Positions 41,179-52,031 of a stretch of 64,000 bases of DNA are shown in pieces. The translations under genes and the position numbers were made by a program. Numbering within the stretch: the stretch's first letter is position 1; every line of letters starts with the position of its first letter. Under the pieces are notes generated by a model, which saw nothing but the letters and a program-made list of their open reading frames with translations, was not told the DNA's origin and made no database searches. This DNA is from Bdellovibrionales bacterium (GTDB lineage: Bacteria; Bdellovibrionota; Bdellovibrionia; Bdellovibrionales; UBA1609): the NCBI GenBank assembly GCA_965261545.1, contig CBDHDF010000004.1, positions 32,001 to 96,000 on the forward strand, given 5' to 3'.

Positions 41179-43602
41179 ATGAGCTTTGATGATGATTTGC
41201 CAGAAATGCTTGAGAATTTACCCATGTTGCCTGTGCGAGATATTGTTGTTTTTCCCTACATGATACTTCCATTGTATGTGGGGAGAGAAACGTCCATACG
41301 AGCCGTTGAAGGTGCTTTGGCTAATAATCGTTTGATATTTCTTGCTTCACAAGAGCAGATTACAGAGGAAAATCCCACAGCGAACTCTATATATAAGATA
41401 GGCACGATTGCTATGATTATGAGAATGAGGAAGCTGGCGGATGGGCGTATTAAAATACTTATTCAGGGTGTTGCCAAGGGAGTGACTCAGAAATTTGTTC
41501 AGTCAAACCCCTTCTTCAAAGTCAATGTTAAAAAGCTTCCTGAAGTTCAGGAAAGTGTTGCTAAATCTGAACATGAAGCTATCATTCGTACGGCTAAAGA
41601 GAGGCTAGAGAAAATTATTGGATTGGGTCGTATGCTTTCCCCAGATATGTTGCTTATTTTAGATGATGTGACAGATCCTGCAAGACTTTCAGATCTCATT
41701 GCAAGCAATCTTGATTTGAAGGTGGGTGATGCTCAAAGGGTTCTTGAAACCCATGATCCTAAGGAGCGGCTCATCTTGGTGAACCAGATATTGGCCAATG
41801 AACTTGAAGTTCTTCAAATGCAGGTAGAAATTCGTAATACAGCCAAAGATGAGATGTCAAAAAGCCAACGAGAGTATTTTCTTCGCGAGCAAATGCGAGC
41901 AATTAAGAATGAACTTGGTGATGCAGATTCTAAATCGGAAGAAATAGACAACCTGAGAGACAAGATTAAATCCACGGGTATGTCTGAAAAAGTTCAAAAA
42001 GAGGCTCTCACACAGCTTTTGCGTCTTGAAAGGATGCATCCTGATGCCAGTGAAGCCTCTATGGTTAGAAGTTATTTAGATATTATGGTAGACTTGCCTT
42101 GGGGTATTTCGACGGAGGATCAACTTCATTTAAATAGGGCTCAGAAAATTTTAAATGAGGATCACTACGATCTTGAAAAGGCTAAAGAAAGAATCTTAGA
42201 ATTCTTAGCTGTCAGACAGTTGAAGGGCAATAATATTACGGGTCCGATTTTGTGTTTTGTCGGCCCTCCTGGAGTGGGAAAAACCTCTCTTGGTAAGAGT
42301 ATTGCTCGTGCTATGGGACGTAAATATTTTAGAATTTCATTAGGTGGAGTTAAAGACGAGGCAGAGATTCGGGGTCATCGAAGAACTTATGTGGGAGCTA
42401 TGCCAGGCAAAGTCATTCAAGCTTTAAAACAAATTGGCTCCAATAACCCCGTGATTGTTCTTGATGAGATTGATAAGCTTGGATCAGATTTTCGTGGAGA
42501 CCCCAGTGCTGCCATGCTTGAGGTTTTGGATCCAGAGCAGAATGCGAATTTTAGAGATAATTACTTAAATGTGGATTTTGATCTTAGCAATGTTTTATTT
42601 GTGGCCACAGCCAATGTTTTAGATAGTATTCCTCCTGCTCTTCGAGATCGTATGGAGGTTATACAAATATCTGGCTATACTGAAAATGATAAAATCCTTA
42701 TTGCTAAGAAATATCTTATGAGTAAAGAAATTGAGCGAAGTGGGATTACAGAAGAGAATATTGAATTCACTGATAAAGGCATCCAATATCTTATTAGTCA
42801 CTATACCAGAGAGGCTGGTCTAAGAAATCTAAGCCGTGAAATTGGATCTCTTTGTCGAAAGATTGCTAAGAAAATTGTCTCTGGAGAACAGAGTAAAATG
42901 TTGATAACTCCAGAAAAGATCATTGAATTATTAGGTGCCCCTAAATTTATTAGAGATACTAAGCTTAAGGAAAGCCAAGTTGGTATTACAACAGGTCTTG
43001 CTTGGACACAAGTGGGAGGTGAGATCCTCTATGTTGAAGCTATTAAAATGAAGGGAAAAGGTGGGCTTATACTCACAGGGCAACTTGGTGATGTTATGAA
43101 AGAATCGGCTCAAGCGGCTATGTCCTATGCCAAAGCCAATGCTGCGGGTTTAGGTATTGAAAGTCGTTGGTTTACAAGCAATGAAGTTCATGTGCATATA
43201 CCTGCCGGTGCAACTCCAAAGGATGGTCCTTCAGCAGGTGTGACTATTTCGACATCACTCATTAGCGTGATGACAGATATTCCTGTGAGGACAGATATGG
43301 CTATGACGGGAGAAGTCACTTTGTCGGGAAGAGTGTTACCTGTGGGAGGGATTAAAGAAAAAGCTCTTGCGGCTCTTAGTCATGATATCAACACCATTAT
43401 TTTACCTTTAGCTAATAAGAAGGACGTTGCTGATATTCCAAATGAATTTAAAGAGAAGATGAACTTTATCTATGTAGAAAACCTAGATGAAGTTATTGCT
43501 CTAGCCTTTGATCATCCCACCAAGAGAGCGGTGAGCTCACCACCTTCTAAAAGTTCCAAGAAAAGTAAAAGCAGTCTCCCTTCTATTTCATCAGTGGCTT
43601 AG
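41179..43602 (+). CDS. lon: ATP-dependent Lon protease
   Basis: GPPGVGKTS, DEAEIRGHRRTYVGA, PKDGPSAG catalytic Ser, PVGGIKEK. Confidence 0.98.
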   Translation: MSFDDDLPEMLENLPMLPVRDIVVFPYMILPLYVGRETSIRAVEGALANNRLIFLASQEQITEENPTANSIYKIGTIAMIMRMRKLADGRIKILIQGVAKGVTQKFVQSNPFFKVNVKKLPEVQESVAKSEHEAIIRTAKERLEKIIGLGRMLSPDMLLILDDVTDPARLSDLIASNLDLKVGDAQRVLETHDPKERLILVNQILANELEVLQMQVEIRNTAKDEMSKSQREYFLREQMRAIKNELGDADSKSEEIDNLRDKIKSTGMSEKVQKEALTQLLRLERMHPDASEASMVRSYLDIMVDLPWGISTEDQLHLNRAQKILNEDHYDLEKAKERILEFLAVRQLKGNNITGPILCFVGPPGVGKTSLGKSIARAMGRKYFRISLGGVKDEAEIRGHRRTYVGAMPGKVIQALKQIGSNNPVIVLDEIDKLGSDFRGDPSAAMLEVLDPEQNANFRDNYLNVDFDLSNVLFVATANVLDSIPPALRDRMEVIQISGYTENDKILIAKKYLMSKEIERSGITEENIEFTDKGIQYLISHYTREAGLRNLSREIGSLCRKIAKKIVSGEQSKMLITPEKIIELLGAPKFIRDTKLKESQVGITTGLAWTQVGGEILYVEAIKMKGKGGLILTGQLGDVMKESAQAAMSYAKANAAGLGIESRWFTSNEVHVHIPAGATPKDGPSAGVTISTSLISVMTDIPVRTDMAMTGEVTLSGRVLPVGGIKEKALAALSHDINTIILPLANKKDVADIPNEFKEKMNFIYVENLDEVIALAFDHPTKRAVSSPPSKSSKKSKSSLPSISSVA

Positions 43603-43722
43603 GTCTTAGTAGGAGAAAGTTTTTCTTTTTCCTTGTGGAGGCGTTCATTTTCATCTTCGAGGGCAAGAACGAGGGTCTTGAGGTCTGAGACTTCACTTTG
43701 AACCAAAATGAGATGTTCTTCT
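43414..43722. repeat. 309-bp direct repeat, left copy (long target-site duplication)
   Basis: aataagaaggacg...atgttcttct matches 50782-51090; both copies abut the IS terminal IRs. Confidence 0.93.
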
Positions 43723-44890
43723 CCCGAGTTTGACAGCAGCATCTGCGTCAAACGAATGATATTAAAGGATTAACGCATATAGTTGTATTTTGTTTATCCA
43801 CACTTGTGGGCATTAAGGATTCTGGGAGGGATGGGGACGCCTGCGGCTTTAAATAAGGAGTTGGCATTGCCAGTGATATCTGTGCGGGTCCAAATGACTT
43901 GATCACGAATTTTAACAGGGATAGCCCTAACTTCCTTGAGTTCCCTCATGGCCTCTACAACAGTTAAAGGTCGCTCTTTAACATGACCAATGCCTATGGC
44001 TGGGCTTTTTAGTTCATCTTCTTATCTCTTAAACATTTTGTAAGGTGGGCCTCACAAAGATAAGTTAAAAAGCATAGAGTTAAATGTCCAATAATCCTCT
44101 GGTCTGTCCAATGGAAAACAGGACGTGTTTTCAAAGTCCCTTTTAACTCACCAAAAGCATCTTCAATTTTCCACAATTCTTTGTAGTTGATAATAATCTC
44201 ATCTGCCGTCAAGTCTTTGACATTTGTAAGGACGGCAAAAAAACCATCAATTTTTTCATCTAATTCTATTTGTTCTGCATTTAATTCAGGTTTTTTATTT
44301 TTGTCGTCAGCCATCTTTACATATGTTAGCTGACAATTAAAATGCCCCACCGTCGCCAATGAAAAGTGGCCACTTTTCAGAGGAGGACCTATGGTGATTT
44401 TTGGCATTGTCAACCGAGACGCATATAATCAATTGATATTACTCATAAAAAGGCTCCGAGCTGATAAGAACTCCTTTTGGGTTCTTGTCGACCTGGAAAG
44501 GGGCTCCGTGTTGGAGAGTCCTTCCATGACAGCCTATTCAGGTTCCATATTTGTCATTTGTAGACTGTTTCTGGATTTCAATGAGGTTAAATATATAGTC
44601 AAGAAAAGCCTGTTTAGGCTGTGCCCATTTTCTAAAGTATTTAAATTCCACAAGATTCCAACATTTGCCTCAATTTTCATGGAATTTCTTTTTGAAGACA
44701 GGCTTCCCTTAAAGCCGTCGCCAATTAAAATGTCCCACTTTCAATATGGAGGTTGTCGCCAATGAAAAGTGACCAATCTTCAGGGAGTGTTCAAATACTA
44801 GACAATGAAGTCTCTTCTTCTGATATAGATACTAAGCTCACAGAGTCCCTCCCTTTTGCAACTCAAAAGGTTAGCAATGAGGAGGATCTT

Positions 44891-46357
44891 ATGATTAGTC
44901 AATACACTTTCGGCCGCATTCGTGACCTGAGTCACAGTGGTAAAAATAAGACAGAAATATCTCGTGAATTAGGGATCAATCGTAAGACGGTGCGCAAGTA
45001 CTGTGAGTCCAACACCCCACCGAAGTACAAGGCGAGGTCCAAAAGAACTCGCCCAGATCCCCTTAATGGATATATGGATCGGGTGAAGTACTTTTTGAAG
45101 TTGAACCCAAGTAACACCGCCCGTGAAATATATGAGCTATTAGTTGAGGAGGGTTATCGTGGGAGTGAGAGAACGGTTCAGAGAAGAGTTTGTGAGATTC
45201 TTGGTTCTCGCCCCAAGGAGCGTTTTTTCAGCCAAAGATATGATCCTGGAGAACAGGCTCAGTTTGATTTTAAGGAGAAGGTTGCTTTACCATTTGCCGA
45301 TGGTGTTCAGATCGTTCATCTCCATTTTGGAACATTGCCTTGTAGTGGCACCTGTTGGGTTCGTGCCTACCCCTTTCTTGTCTATGAGTGTTTCATCGAT
45401 GGGGTGCATGCTTTTTTTGAAAAGATAGGTGGGATGAGTGCGAACATCCGTATTGATAATTTATCTCCCTGTGTGAAGAAAGTTCTTAAAGGAAATCAGC
45501 GAATTTACACCCAATCTTTTGATCGAGCCATCCAATACTATGGATTTAAGGTTCTTCCCTGCCGCGCAGGGAAGGGCTCTGACAAGGGAGATGTGGAGCG
45601 TGATATTCGAACCTTCAGTTCTCGGATAAAAAATATTGTTAGAAACAAAGGAATTGTTTTTAAAGACTGGGATCATTTGAATCAGTTTTTAGAGTCTTAT
45701 ATGGATCAGCATCAGAGTGACTCCACCAAATCTCGCTTTGAGGAGGAGGCCAAAGTTCTTAAGCCTTTGCCTCCACGAGATGAAGATATTCTCTGTAAGG
45801 TGAATATTTGTCAAAGTAATGGTTATGGGACTTTGAGAATAGGTAAAACCACATATTCCATACCTGATGAGGTGATCCAATCTCCCTGTAAAACCGTACA
45901 GGGTCCCTATCATGTCACGATCTATCGTGCAGGAGGGAAGCAAGAAATTGTCGCTCGCCATCAAAGAAAACCTGATGGGGAGCATAGTCTTCTTCTTGAA
46001 CATATCCTTCCCTCTTTAGTTCGTAAGCCGCAAGCCATGGTAAGATGGGCTCACCGATCCATTCTTTTTCCAACAAATGTGTTTGAAAATTTTTATCAAT
46101 ACCTCAAGCAACAAGATTCAAGCCGTGCCGAGCATGAATATTTAAGAGTTATCAACTTGATTCAGCATGTGAGTTGGCAGGACTTATCTACAGCCATGGA
46201 GCTTCAATTAGAAAGTCGTGAGATTTTCGACTTTAAATCCATAAAAGATTTGCTCTTAGGCAATCCCACCAAAATTAATTTGAATGACCAACAAAAACCA
46301 CTTCAACCTAGATTGTCTCAATATGACAGTCTTGTTCCAAACATAGGAGGTTCTTAA
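44891..46357 (+). CDS. istA: IS21 transposase IstA (copy 2)
   Basis: Same translation as copy 1 except YCKS->YCES. Confidence 0.93.
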   Translation: MISQYTFGRIRDLSHSGKNKTEISRELGINRKTVRKYCESNTPPKYKARSKRTRPDPLNGYMDRVKYFLKLNPSNTAREIYELLVEEGYRGSERTVQRRVCEILGSRPKERFFSQRYDPGEQAQFDFKEKVALPFADGVQIVHLHFGTLPCSGTCWVRAYPFLVYECFIDGVHAFFEKIGGMSANIRIDNLSPCVKKVLKGNQRIYTQSFDRAIQYYGFKVLPCRAGKGSDKGDVERDIRTFSSRIKNIVRNKGIVFKDWDHLNQFLESYMDQHQSDSTKSRFEEEAKVLKPLPPRDEDILCKVNICQSNGYGTLRIGKTTYSIPDEVIQSPCKTVQGPYHVTIYRAGGKQEIVARHQRKPDGEHSLLLEHILPSLVRKPQAMVRWAHRSILFPTNVFENFYQYLKQQDSSRAEHEYLRVINLIQHVSWQDLSTAMELQLESREIFDFKSIKDLLLGNPTKINLNDQQKPLQPRLSQYDSLVPNIGGS

Positions 46358-47139
46358 TGAATCACGAAGAACTTATAGGTTCTCTTAAAAAACTCCGACT
46401 TCCAGCGATGGCGGATGAATATGTTGCAACGGCTAGAGTTGCCGAAAAAACAAAAAAGACGTATGAACAGTATTTAGGTATACTCGTTCAAAATGAGCTT
46501 GCTGACAAGCATTCCCAGAGAGTGAAAAGATTGCTTAAGGGGGCCAAGCTTCCTCAACTTAAATCACTCCAAACTTATAACTTCCAGAAAAGAACGGGAG
46601 TGACAGCTCAGCAAATTAATTGGATGGCAGAGGGAGAGTGGGTCAGAAAAGCCTGTAATGTTGTGTTTTACGGAAGCTTTGGAATGGGGAAAAGTCATTT
46701 GGCCATGTCCCTAGTTCGTTCACTCTGTGAACAAGGCTATCGATGTTTATGGGTCACCACTCATGAACTTATTGAAACAATGCGTGAAAGCAAGAAAGAA
46801 CTCTCATTGAATGCTCTTTTTAAGAAATTAGACCGTTTTGATCTTATTGCTTGTGATGAACTTGGCTATACAGCTTCCTGCACAGAGGGGGCAGATCTTT
46901 TCTTTCAATTCATATCTCAGCGATATGAAAGGAAAAGTCTCATGATCACTACAAACTTAACATACTCTGAATGGGATAAGGTGTTTCTTAACCCTATTAC
47001 CACCGCTGCTGCTGTTGATCGAATCATTCACAACTGTGAAACCCTCAACATTGAAGGAAAAGAAAGTTGGAGAACCGAATCGGCAAAAGCCAAGTCTAAA
47101 CAGAGCAAAGAGGAAAGTTCAACCAAAGAAGTTCATTAG
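46357..47139 (+). CDS. istB: IS21 helper ATPase IstB (copy 2)
   Basis: Identical translation to 20464-21246. Confidence 0.95.
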   Translation: MNHEELIGSLKKLRLPAMADEYVATARVAEKTKKTYEQYLGILVQNELADKHSQRVKRLLKGAKLPQLKSLQTYNFQKRTGVTAQQINWMAEGEWVRKACNVVFYGSFGMGKSHLAMSLVRSLCEQGYRCLWVTTHELIETMRESKKELSLNALFKKLDRFDLIACDELGYTASCTEGADLFFQFISQRYERKSLMITTNLTYSEWDKVFLNPITTAAAVDRIIHNCETLNIEGKESWRTESAKAKSKQSKEESSTKEVH

Positions 47140-47750
47140 AGATCCCCACTTTTGGGGAAGGAACTCGCCAGTTATCCACAAAATTTATCCACAGCAGCAC
47201 TGCGTTGCTAGACATCGGGGTCACAGCCGCAGTGTCGCCATGGATAAATTTATGGATAACTGGCTTTTACCGTACTATTTACTCGTCACTCTTGCGGAGC
47301 TTTAGACATTAGCTGCGCCAAGGAATCCTGAAAAATACTCCATTTACCTCTGCCATAGGGCTGAAGGATGCATTTGGGGTCATGCCAAAAGTGGTGGGCA
47401 GAAAATCATTCCTCAGAATCTTGTGGCATAGTCCGAGTTAAATGATGAGCAAAATAAAGACACTTGACTAAACTCTGAACGAAGAATAACTAAATCAGTA
47501 CATCATCAACTGGCCGTTTTTCATTGGCGACGGCTTCTAAAAATGGCCAATTTTAATTGGCGCCTAACAACATATTTCTTATAACCTTTATTGGAAACAA
47601 AAGTACTAGACTGAACACCTTTAGAAGATAGTTTTCCTTCGATCTTTTCAAGAAGGGATTCTCTAGATTTTTTATCTCTCTCTGCTCTTTTCCTAGACCA
47701 AGTCACAATACATCTATGCCCCCCATGGTCTGTTTCGTAAACAGCAAGCT

Positions 47751-49641
47751 CCCTAAAAGTTGTAACTAGGTTTAATGTATTGCGTTAACTTTCCTCTCTT
47801 CCTATGGAATTGGCTGCTGTCAACGGTTTGAGAGGTTTAATAGTATTAATATATTTAATATGATTCATAAGAATTTGCTGCGAAAGGTCCTCTTCGTCTC
47901 CATTGGATAGATGAGGCATAGTGGTAGCCACAGCCACCGTCACATTTGAAACAGATAAAAAACATCATTTTGTCTTGGGAAGCCCATCTATTTGGAAGGC
48001 TGAAAAAATATCCTTTTGTTTTTTAGACAGCTCTCCAAGCATCAGATCACCTGTAGCTAATTCATAAAATTTTAATCGGTCCATCATTTTGTAAATTTCT
48101 ATTTTAGACATTTTTTTATATAACTTCTTATCTTTCATAACAGTATCAATATGTGAAATTAAAATTAAAGAGAGAAAATTAATAAAGATGCTTCCCCTCA
48201 TATTCATGAGAGAATGAACTCGACTTCTCCTTCCATTAATATCATGCTTGAATGAGAAAAATACTTTCTCAATGATATCTTTGTTTCGATATAAACTCAA
48301 TATATCTGTTTTCTTTAAATCATGACTATTTGTAATTAATATCATAATACCCAGCGTAGAAGATTCTTCATTAATATTTTCTTCATTTAAAGAAATCTTA
48401 AATGGAGTGCAATCAGAGATATTGAGAAACCTTTTTTTATTTCCTAAAGTTTCTTTCATATAGGAACTAGCTTGTTCTTCTGATTTCAAATCTTTCTCAA
48501 GAAAGAGTTTCATAAAATCAAGCAACTCTTTCATTAACACAGATTCCTCATAAACCCTTCTTTCTTTGTCTAAGAAAATATGAGCCGTACAATCAAATCC
48601 TCCGATTTTTATTGATTCTTTGCAATGCGAATAAATTTCCTCATTAAAAGTAAAAGAGCATGATGGAGATTTTATTTTCTCATTTAAAGCCACAGCAAGC
48701 TCTCTTGAGAGTTTTGTTCTAAAACTCATGGGTATCAAATACTTCAATTCCTTACGATGCAGTCCCTTAATATTTTCTACACTAGAAAAACCCTTATCCA
48801 TAACTAAACAATCTAAATCTAATTTATAACTTGTTATGATCTCAATAATATTCGATAAAGTTTTGACATCCGGTATACTTCCAGGATAGATTCTGTACGC
48901 TATAGGCGTATGAGTTTTATTGTCTTCAGATTTCCTACTTATCAGACCTAAGTTTATCTGTTCGAGATTCTCTCCATCTCTGTTGTAACCTTTCTCTAAA
49001 AATTCATTATTCATAGAGTAGGAAGAAAAGGATGTGATGTCAAACATTACCGTACCAGAACCCTTCACTTGACTTATCCATTCGCTAAAGAAAGATTCTA
49101 TCTTTTTTTGATCTCTCCCAAGATCACATAAGAGATTGCTTATTTTTTGTGACGACATAAAATTTTTCTTTGAAACATAAGCTTCTTGACACCACATATC
49201 GTAAAGATAAAAGGGCTCTCTTTTGATTATTTTAAAAAAAGCTAAATGCAAATAATGTTCGTAATTATCTGGATAAATTTTAGACAATGTTTTTAGAAGA
49301 TTTAGTTGTTCGCATATTTTCTCTAAGAAAAATAAGGCTCCCACATTATAGGAGCCTATGGGAATCTTTTTTCTTTTGGTCTTAATTTGACCTGTAAACT
49401 CATCCTTTCTTCCAAGGTAGATGCGTTTTTGCCTGGCCTGCTTTTTTTCCTTGTCCCAAAAGCTTTCAACTTTATAGACATAGGTTTTTCCCTTATTTTT
49501 TTGCTCAAAAGTGTATGACATCGTTAATATTGTAACTATGCTTTTGAAGAGATGACAATCTCTTAATCAAAGTGAAGGCCTTCTCAGACAATAATCAGGA
49601 CTTAAGCCCTACACCTAGTTACAACTTTTAGGGATTTCAGG
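47751..49641 (-). mobile_element. Second, distinct IS1634-like element nested in the first
   Basis: 20-bp IR ccctaaaagttgtaactagg (47751-47770) / cctagttacaacttttaggg (49614-49633); TSD aagct(c) at 47746 and 49642. Confidence 0.88.
47965..49521 (-). CDS. IS1634-like DDE transposase, intact (518 aa)
   Basis: KTYVYKVESFWDKEKKQARQKRIYLGR, FDITSFSSYS, GYNRDGENLEQINLGL, PGSIPDV, MDKGF, YRNKDIIEKVF. Confidence 0.88.
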   Translation of the reverse strand: MSYTFEQKNKGKTYVYKVESFWDKEKKQARQKRIYLGRKDEFTGQIKTKRKKIPIGSYNVGALFFLEKICEQLNLLKTLSKIYPDNYEHYLHLAFFKIIKREPFYLYDMWCQEAYVSKKNFMSSQKISNLLCDLGRDQKKIESFFSEWISQVKGSGTVMFDITSFSSYSMNNEFLEKGYNRDGENLEQINLGLISRKSEDNKTHTPIAYRIYPGSIPDVKTLSNIIEIITSYKLDLDCLVMDKGFSSVENIKGLHRKELKYLIPMSFRTKLSRELAVALNEKIKSPSCSFTFNEEIYSHCKESIKIGGFDCTAHIFLDKERRVYEESVLMKELLDFMKLFLEKDLKSEEQASSYMKETLGNKKRFLNISDCTPFKISLNEENINEESSTLGIMILITNSHDLKKTDILSLYRNKDIIEKVFFSFKHDINGRRSRVHSLMNMRGSIFINFLSLILISHIDTVMKDKKLYKKMSKIEIYKMMDRLKFYELATGDLMLGELSKKQKDIFSAFQIDGLPKTK

Positions 49642-50781
49642 AAGCTCATTCTCATATACCCAGCTAAAACGATTTAAATCATAGACCTCTTGTTTCTTTT
49701 CTTTTTTTAAAGATCCAAGCTTCATACCAACAATAAACTCGCTTTGATCCTCACTGAGTTTGTCAGTATTAGCCTTTGATAAAAGCCCCCTATCAGCCAC
49801 AAAAATGAAACGGCGTACATTAAACTTTTTTCTCATTTTATCAACAATATCTGAAAGCGTCTTGCCTTCAAAAGTATTACCAGGGAAAACCTCAAAACCT
49901 AAAGGGATGCCATCCCGATTCACCAACAAACCAAAGACAACTTGGGTGCAGTCTGATCGTCTCTCTTTACTATAGCCAAATTGACGAAGTTTCCCTAAGT
50001 CTGTTCTTGTACTCTCGAAGCGTAAGGTTGTTAAATCATACAACACAATGTCTACTTGGAAATTAAATAAATCTCGCCCCACCCAATAAAGCGAGTTCTC
50101 TATTTCATCCTTATGGGAGGCAAGTAAGTCCATAGACCGATAAATATGCTGGAGACTCAAATCACCCTTAATCATGTCTGGGTAAAAAGATTTTTGCCAA
50201 TACTCAAAAACCTTTAACTTGGAACTAGGAGCAATAAATCGGCTGGCAACTAAGGTAAAAATCACCTTACATAAATCAAATTGAACTTTCTCATGAGAAT
50301 CTTTTATGTCTTTGAGGGTCTTATTGATACCCAGTTGATCAAACAACTTTTGTAAAATCAGCAAGGGACCCAAAATGAAAGTCTCTTCGATGTAAAGCTC
50401 CTTAGCCAATTGACTCACAGTGAGAAGCTCTCGGTGGCGGGATACGGCCTGCGCCAAACTATTAATCTTATCCTCTCCTCCTTCTCCAGCCTTACCTAAG
50501 GACATGAGCATGCGTTTTTTGGATTTGCCTTTTTCTCTGTAGGACTCCACAAGGTGGTAGTAGCACTGACCTTTTGAGTTTTTAGTCGTTTGGATGTACA
50601 TGAGGATATTTTCTACATATTTCTATGATATATCAATATTTAAAACGATAAAATCCTATTTTGTTTTCTACACTTTTTTTACGTCAATTTTAATTTTTCC
50701 AGCAGCTACCATTATATTTCAGTACAACCCCAATTTCTGGAAATTTCGCATTTTAACGCAGATGCTGCTGTCAAACTCGGG

Positions 50782-51090
50782 AATAAGAAGGACGTTGCTG
50801 ATATTCCAAATGAATTTAAAGAGAAGATGAACTTTATCTATGTAGAAAACCTAGATGAAGTTATTGCTCTAGCCTTTGATCATCCCACCAAGAGAGCGGT
50901 GAGCTCACCACCTTCTAAAAGTTCCAAGAAAAGTAAAAGCAGTCTCCCTTCTATTTCATCAGTGGCTTAGGTCTTAGTAGGAGAAAGTTTTTCTTTTTCC
51001 TTGTGGAGGCGTTCATTTTCATCTTCGAGGGCAAGAACGAGGGTCTTGAGGTCTGAGACTTCACTTTGAACCAAAATGAGATGTTCTTCT
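50782..51090. repeat. 309-bp direct repeat, right copy (duplicated lon 3' end and neighbour 3' end)
   Basis: Matches 43414-43722. Confidence 0.93.
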
Positions 51091-51728
51091 TTTTCTTGAA
51101 GAATGAGGGAATAAGCTTTTTTTAGCTCATTCAACAACCGGTTGGTTGTGGCTAGAATAGCTTGAGAGGAGGCTGCACTTTGGTTTAAGGCATGGAAGTC
51201 CATGGTCAAGAATTGCTGCTTTCCGTCAACTGGTGAGGATTCTGCAAGCGTTTTTGTGGTGGGGAGCTGCTGGGTAAGACAAGAATCGCTTGGTTGTGGG
51301 GGGGCGATGGTGTTTGTCCGACTTTGCTTAGCTTTTAAGGGAAAATATTCTTTTTTGGAGTCATCCAGGAGGCTTTCCAATTTGGTCTCGTCACTGAGTT
51401 TGGCCTGCTCACTCATTTTGGCTTGGTCACTCATTTTAGCCTGCTCACTCACTCTGGCTTGATGACTTATTTGAGTCCAGTTGCTTTGCCTAGGCTGGTG
51501 ACTTATGTCATCTAGGTGACTGTGATGGTTTTGGCTATTCATTTCTTTTTGTATAGTGGCTCTGAAGCGCTTTGTTTTGTTGTTTAGAGGTTTATCCAGC
51601 ACAAGATATTTACCATCTTTATAGGTAAATTCAATCTGGTTGGCTCGAATGCGTCTCCTGAGTGTTGAGATGCTTACTTCGTAGCGGTGGGAAAACTGAG
51701 ATAAGGGTATCCAATCTTGTTCTGTCAT
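50967..51728 (-). CDS. Hypothetical protein with N-terminal HTH-like segment and C-terminal coiled coil
   Basis: WIPLSQFSHRYEVSISTLRRRIR; low-complexity SEQAKM repeats; heptad C-terminus; AAGGGAG RBS. Confidence 0.7.
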   Translation of the reverse strand: MTEQDWIPLSQFSHRYEVSISTLRRRIRANQIEFTYKDGKYLVLDKPLNNKTKRFRATIQKEMNSQNHHSHLDDISHQPRQSNWTQISHQARVSEQAKMSDQAKMSEQAKLSDETKLESLLDDSKKEYFPLKAKQSRTNTIAPPQPSDSCLTQQLPTTKTLAESSPVDGKQQFLTMDFHALNQSAASSQAILATTNRLLNELKKAYSLILQEKEEHLILVQSEVSDLKTLVLALEDENERLHKEKEKLSPTKT

Positions 51729-52031
51729 TGTTTTTACTCCCTTGATAACTCAAATCTATCATAGACCTGGCCAATGTAAAGTGTCTGTTCACAATCTAGA
51801 CTGAAATCTGGTTTGAGTATTCTAATTTAGGCAACTTGAGCTATTTAAATATCTCTGGATATCTGATTGAATATCTTTTGTTGAGTATCTCTGAATATCT
51901 GAATACTCAAGATGACTCATGGCGCAGGCGAAGTATATTGGGTCATAGTAAATCACTGGAGTCATTCGTGTTGAAGGTTTCAATTTTTTATAGGCATAGA
52001 CAAGGATATTGTTGGTAATTATGATAAGCCT

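Larger units (their letters stand above)
44324..47569 (+). mobile_element. IS21-family element, copy 2 (near-identical to copy 1)
   Basis: Same 3246-bp element at offset 25893; 5-bp TSD acata (44319-44323, 47570-47574). Confidence 0.95.
43794..50601 (-). pseudogene. IS1634-family transposase in three pieces plus a 1-bp frameshift
   Basis: Pieces 50601-49642 (YDLTTLRFE, FGYSKERRSD, VADRGL), 47745-47570, and 44318-43794 (YKELWKIEDAFGELK, RPVFHWT). Joins are in frame after insert removal; one shift near 44015. Confidence 0.9.
43723..50781 (-). mobile_element. IS1634-family element (about 1912 bp without inserts) carrying two nested IS
   Basis: Perfect 26-bp IRs cccgagtttgacagcagcatctgcgt at both ends; flanked by the 309-bp direct repeat. 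Confidence 0.92.

Noticed and set aside
50782..50970. Second lon gene or paralog fragment
   Set aside because: Exact copy of the lon 3' end produced by the long target-site duplication.
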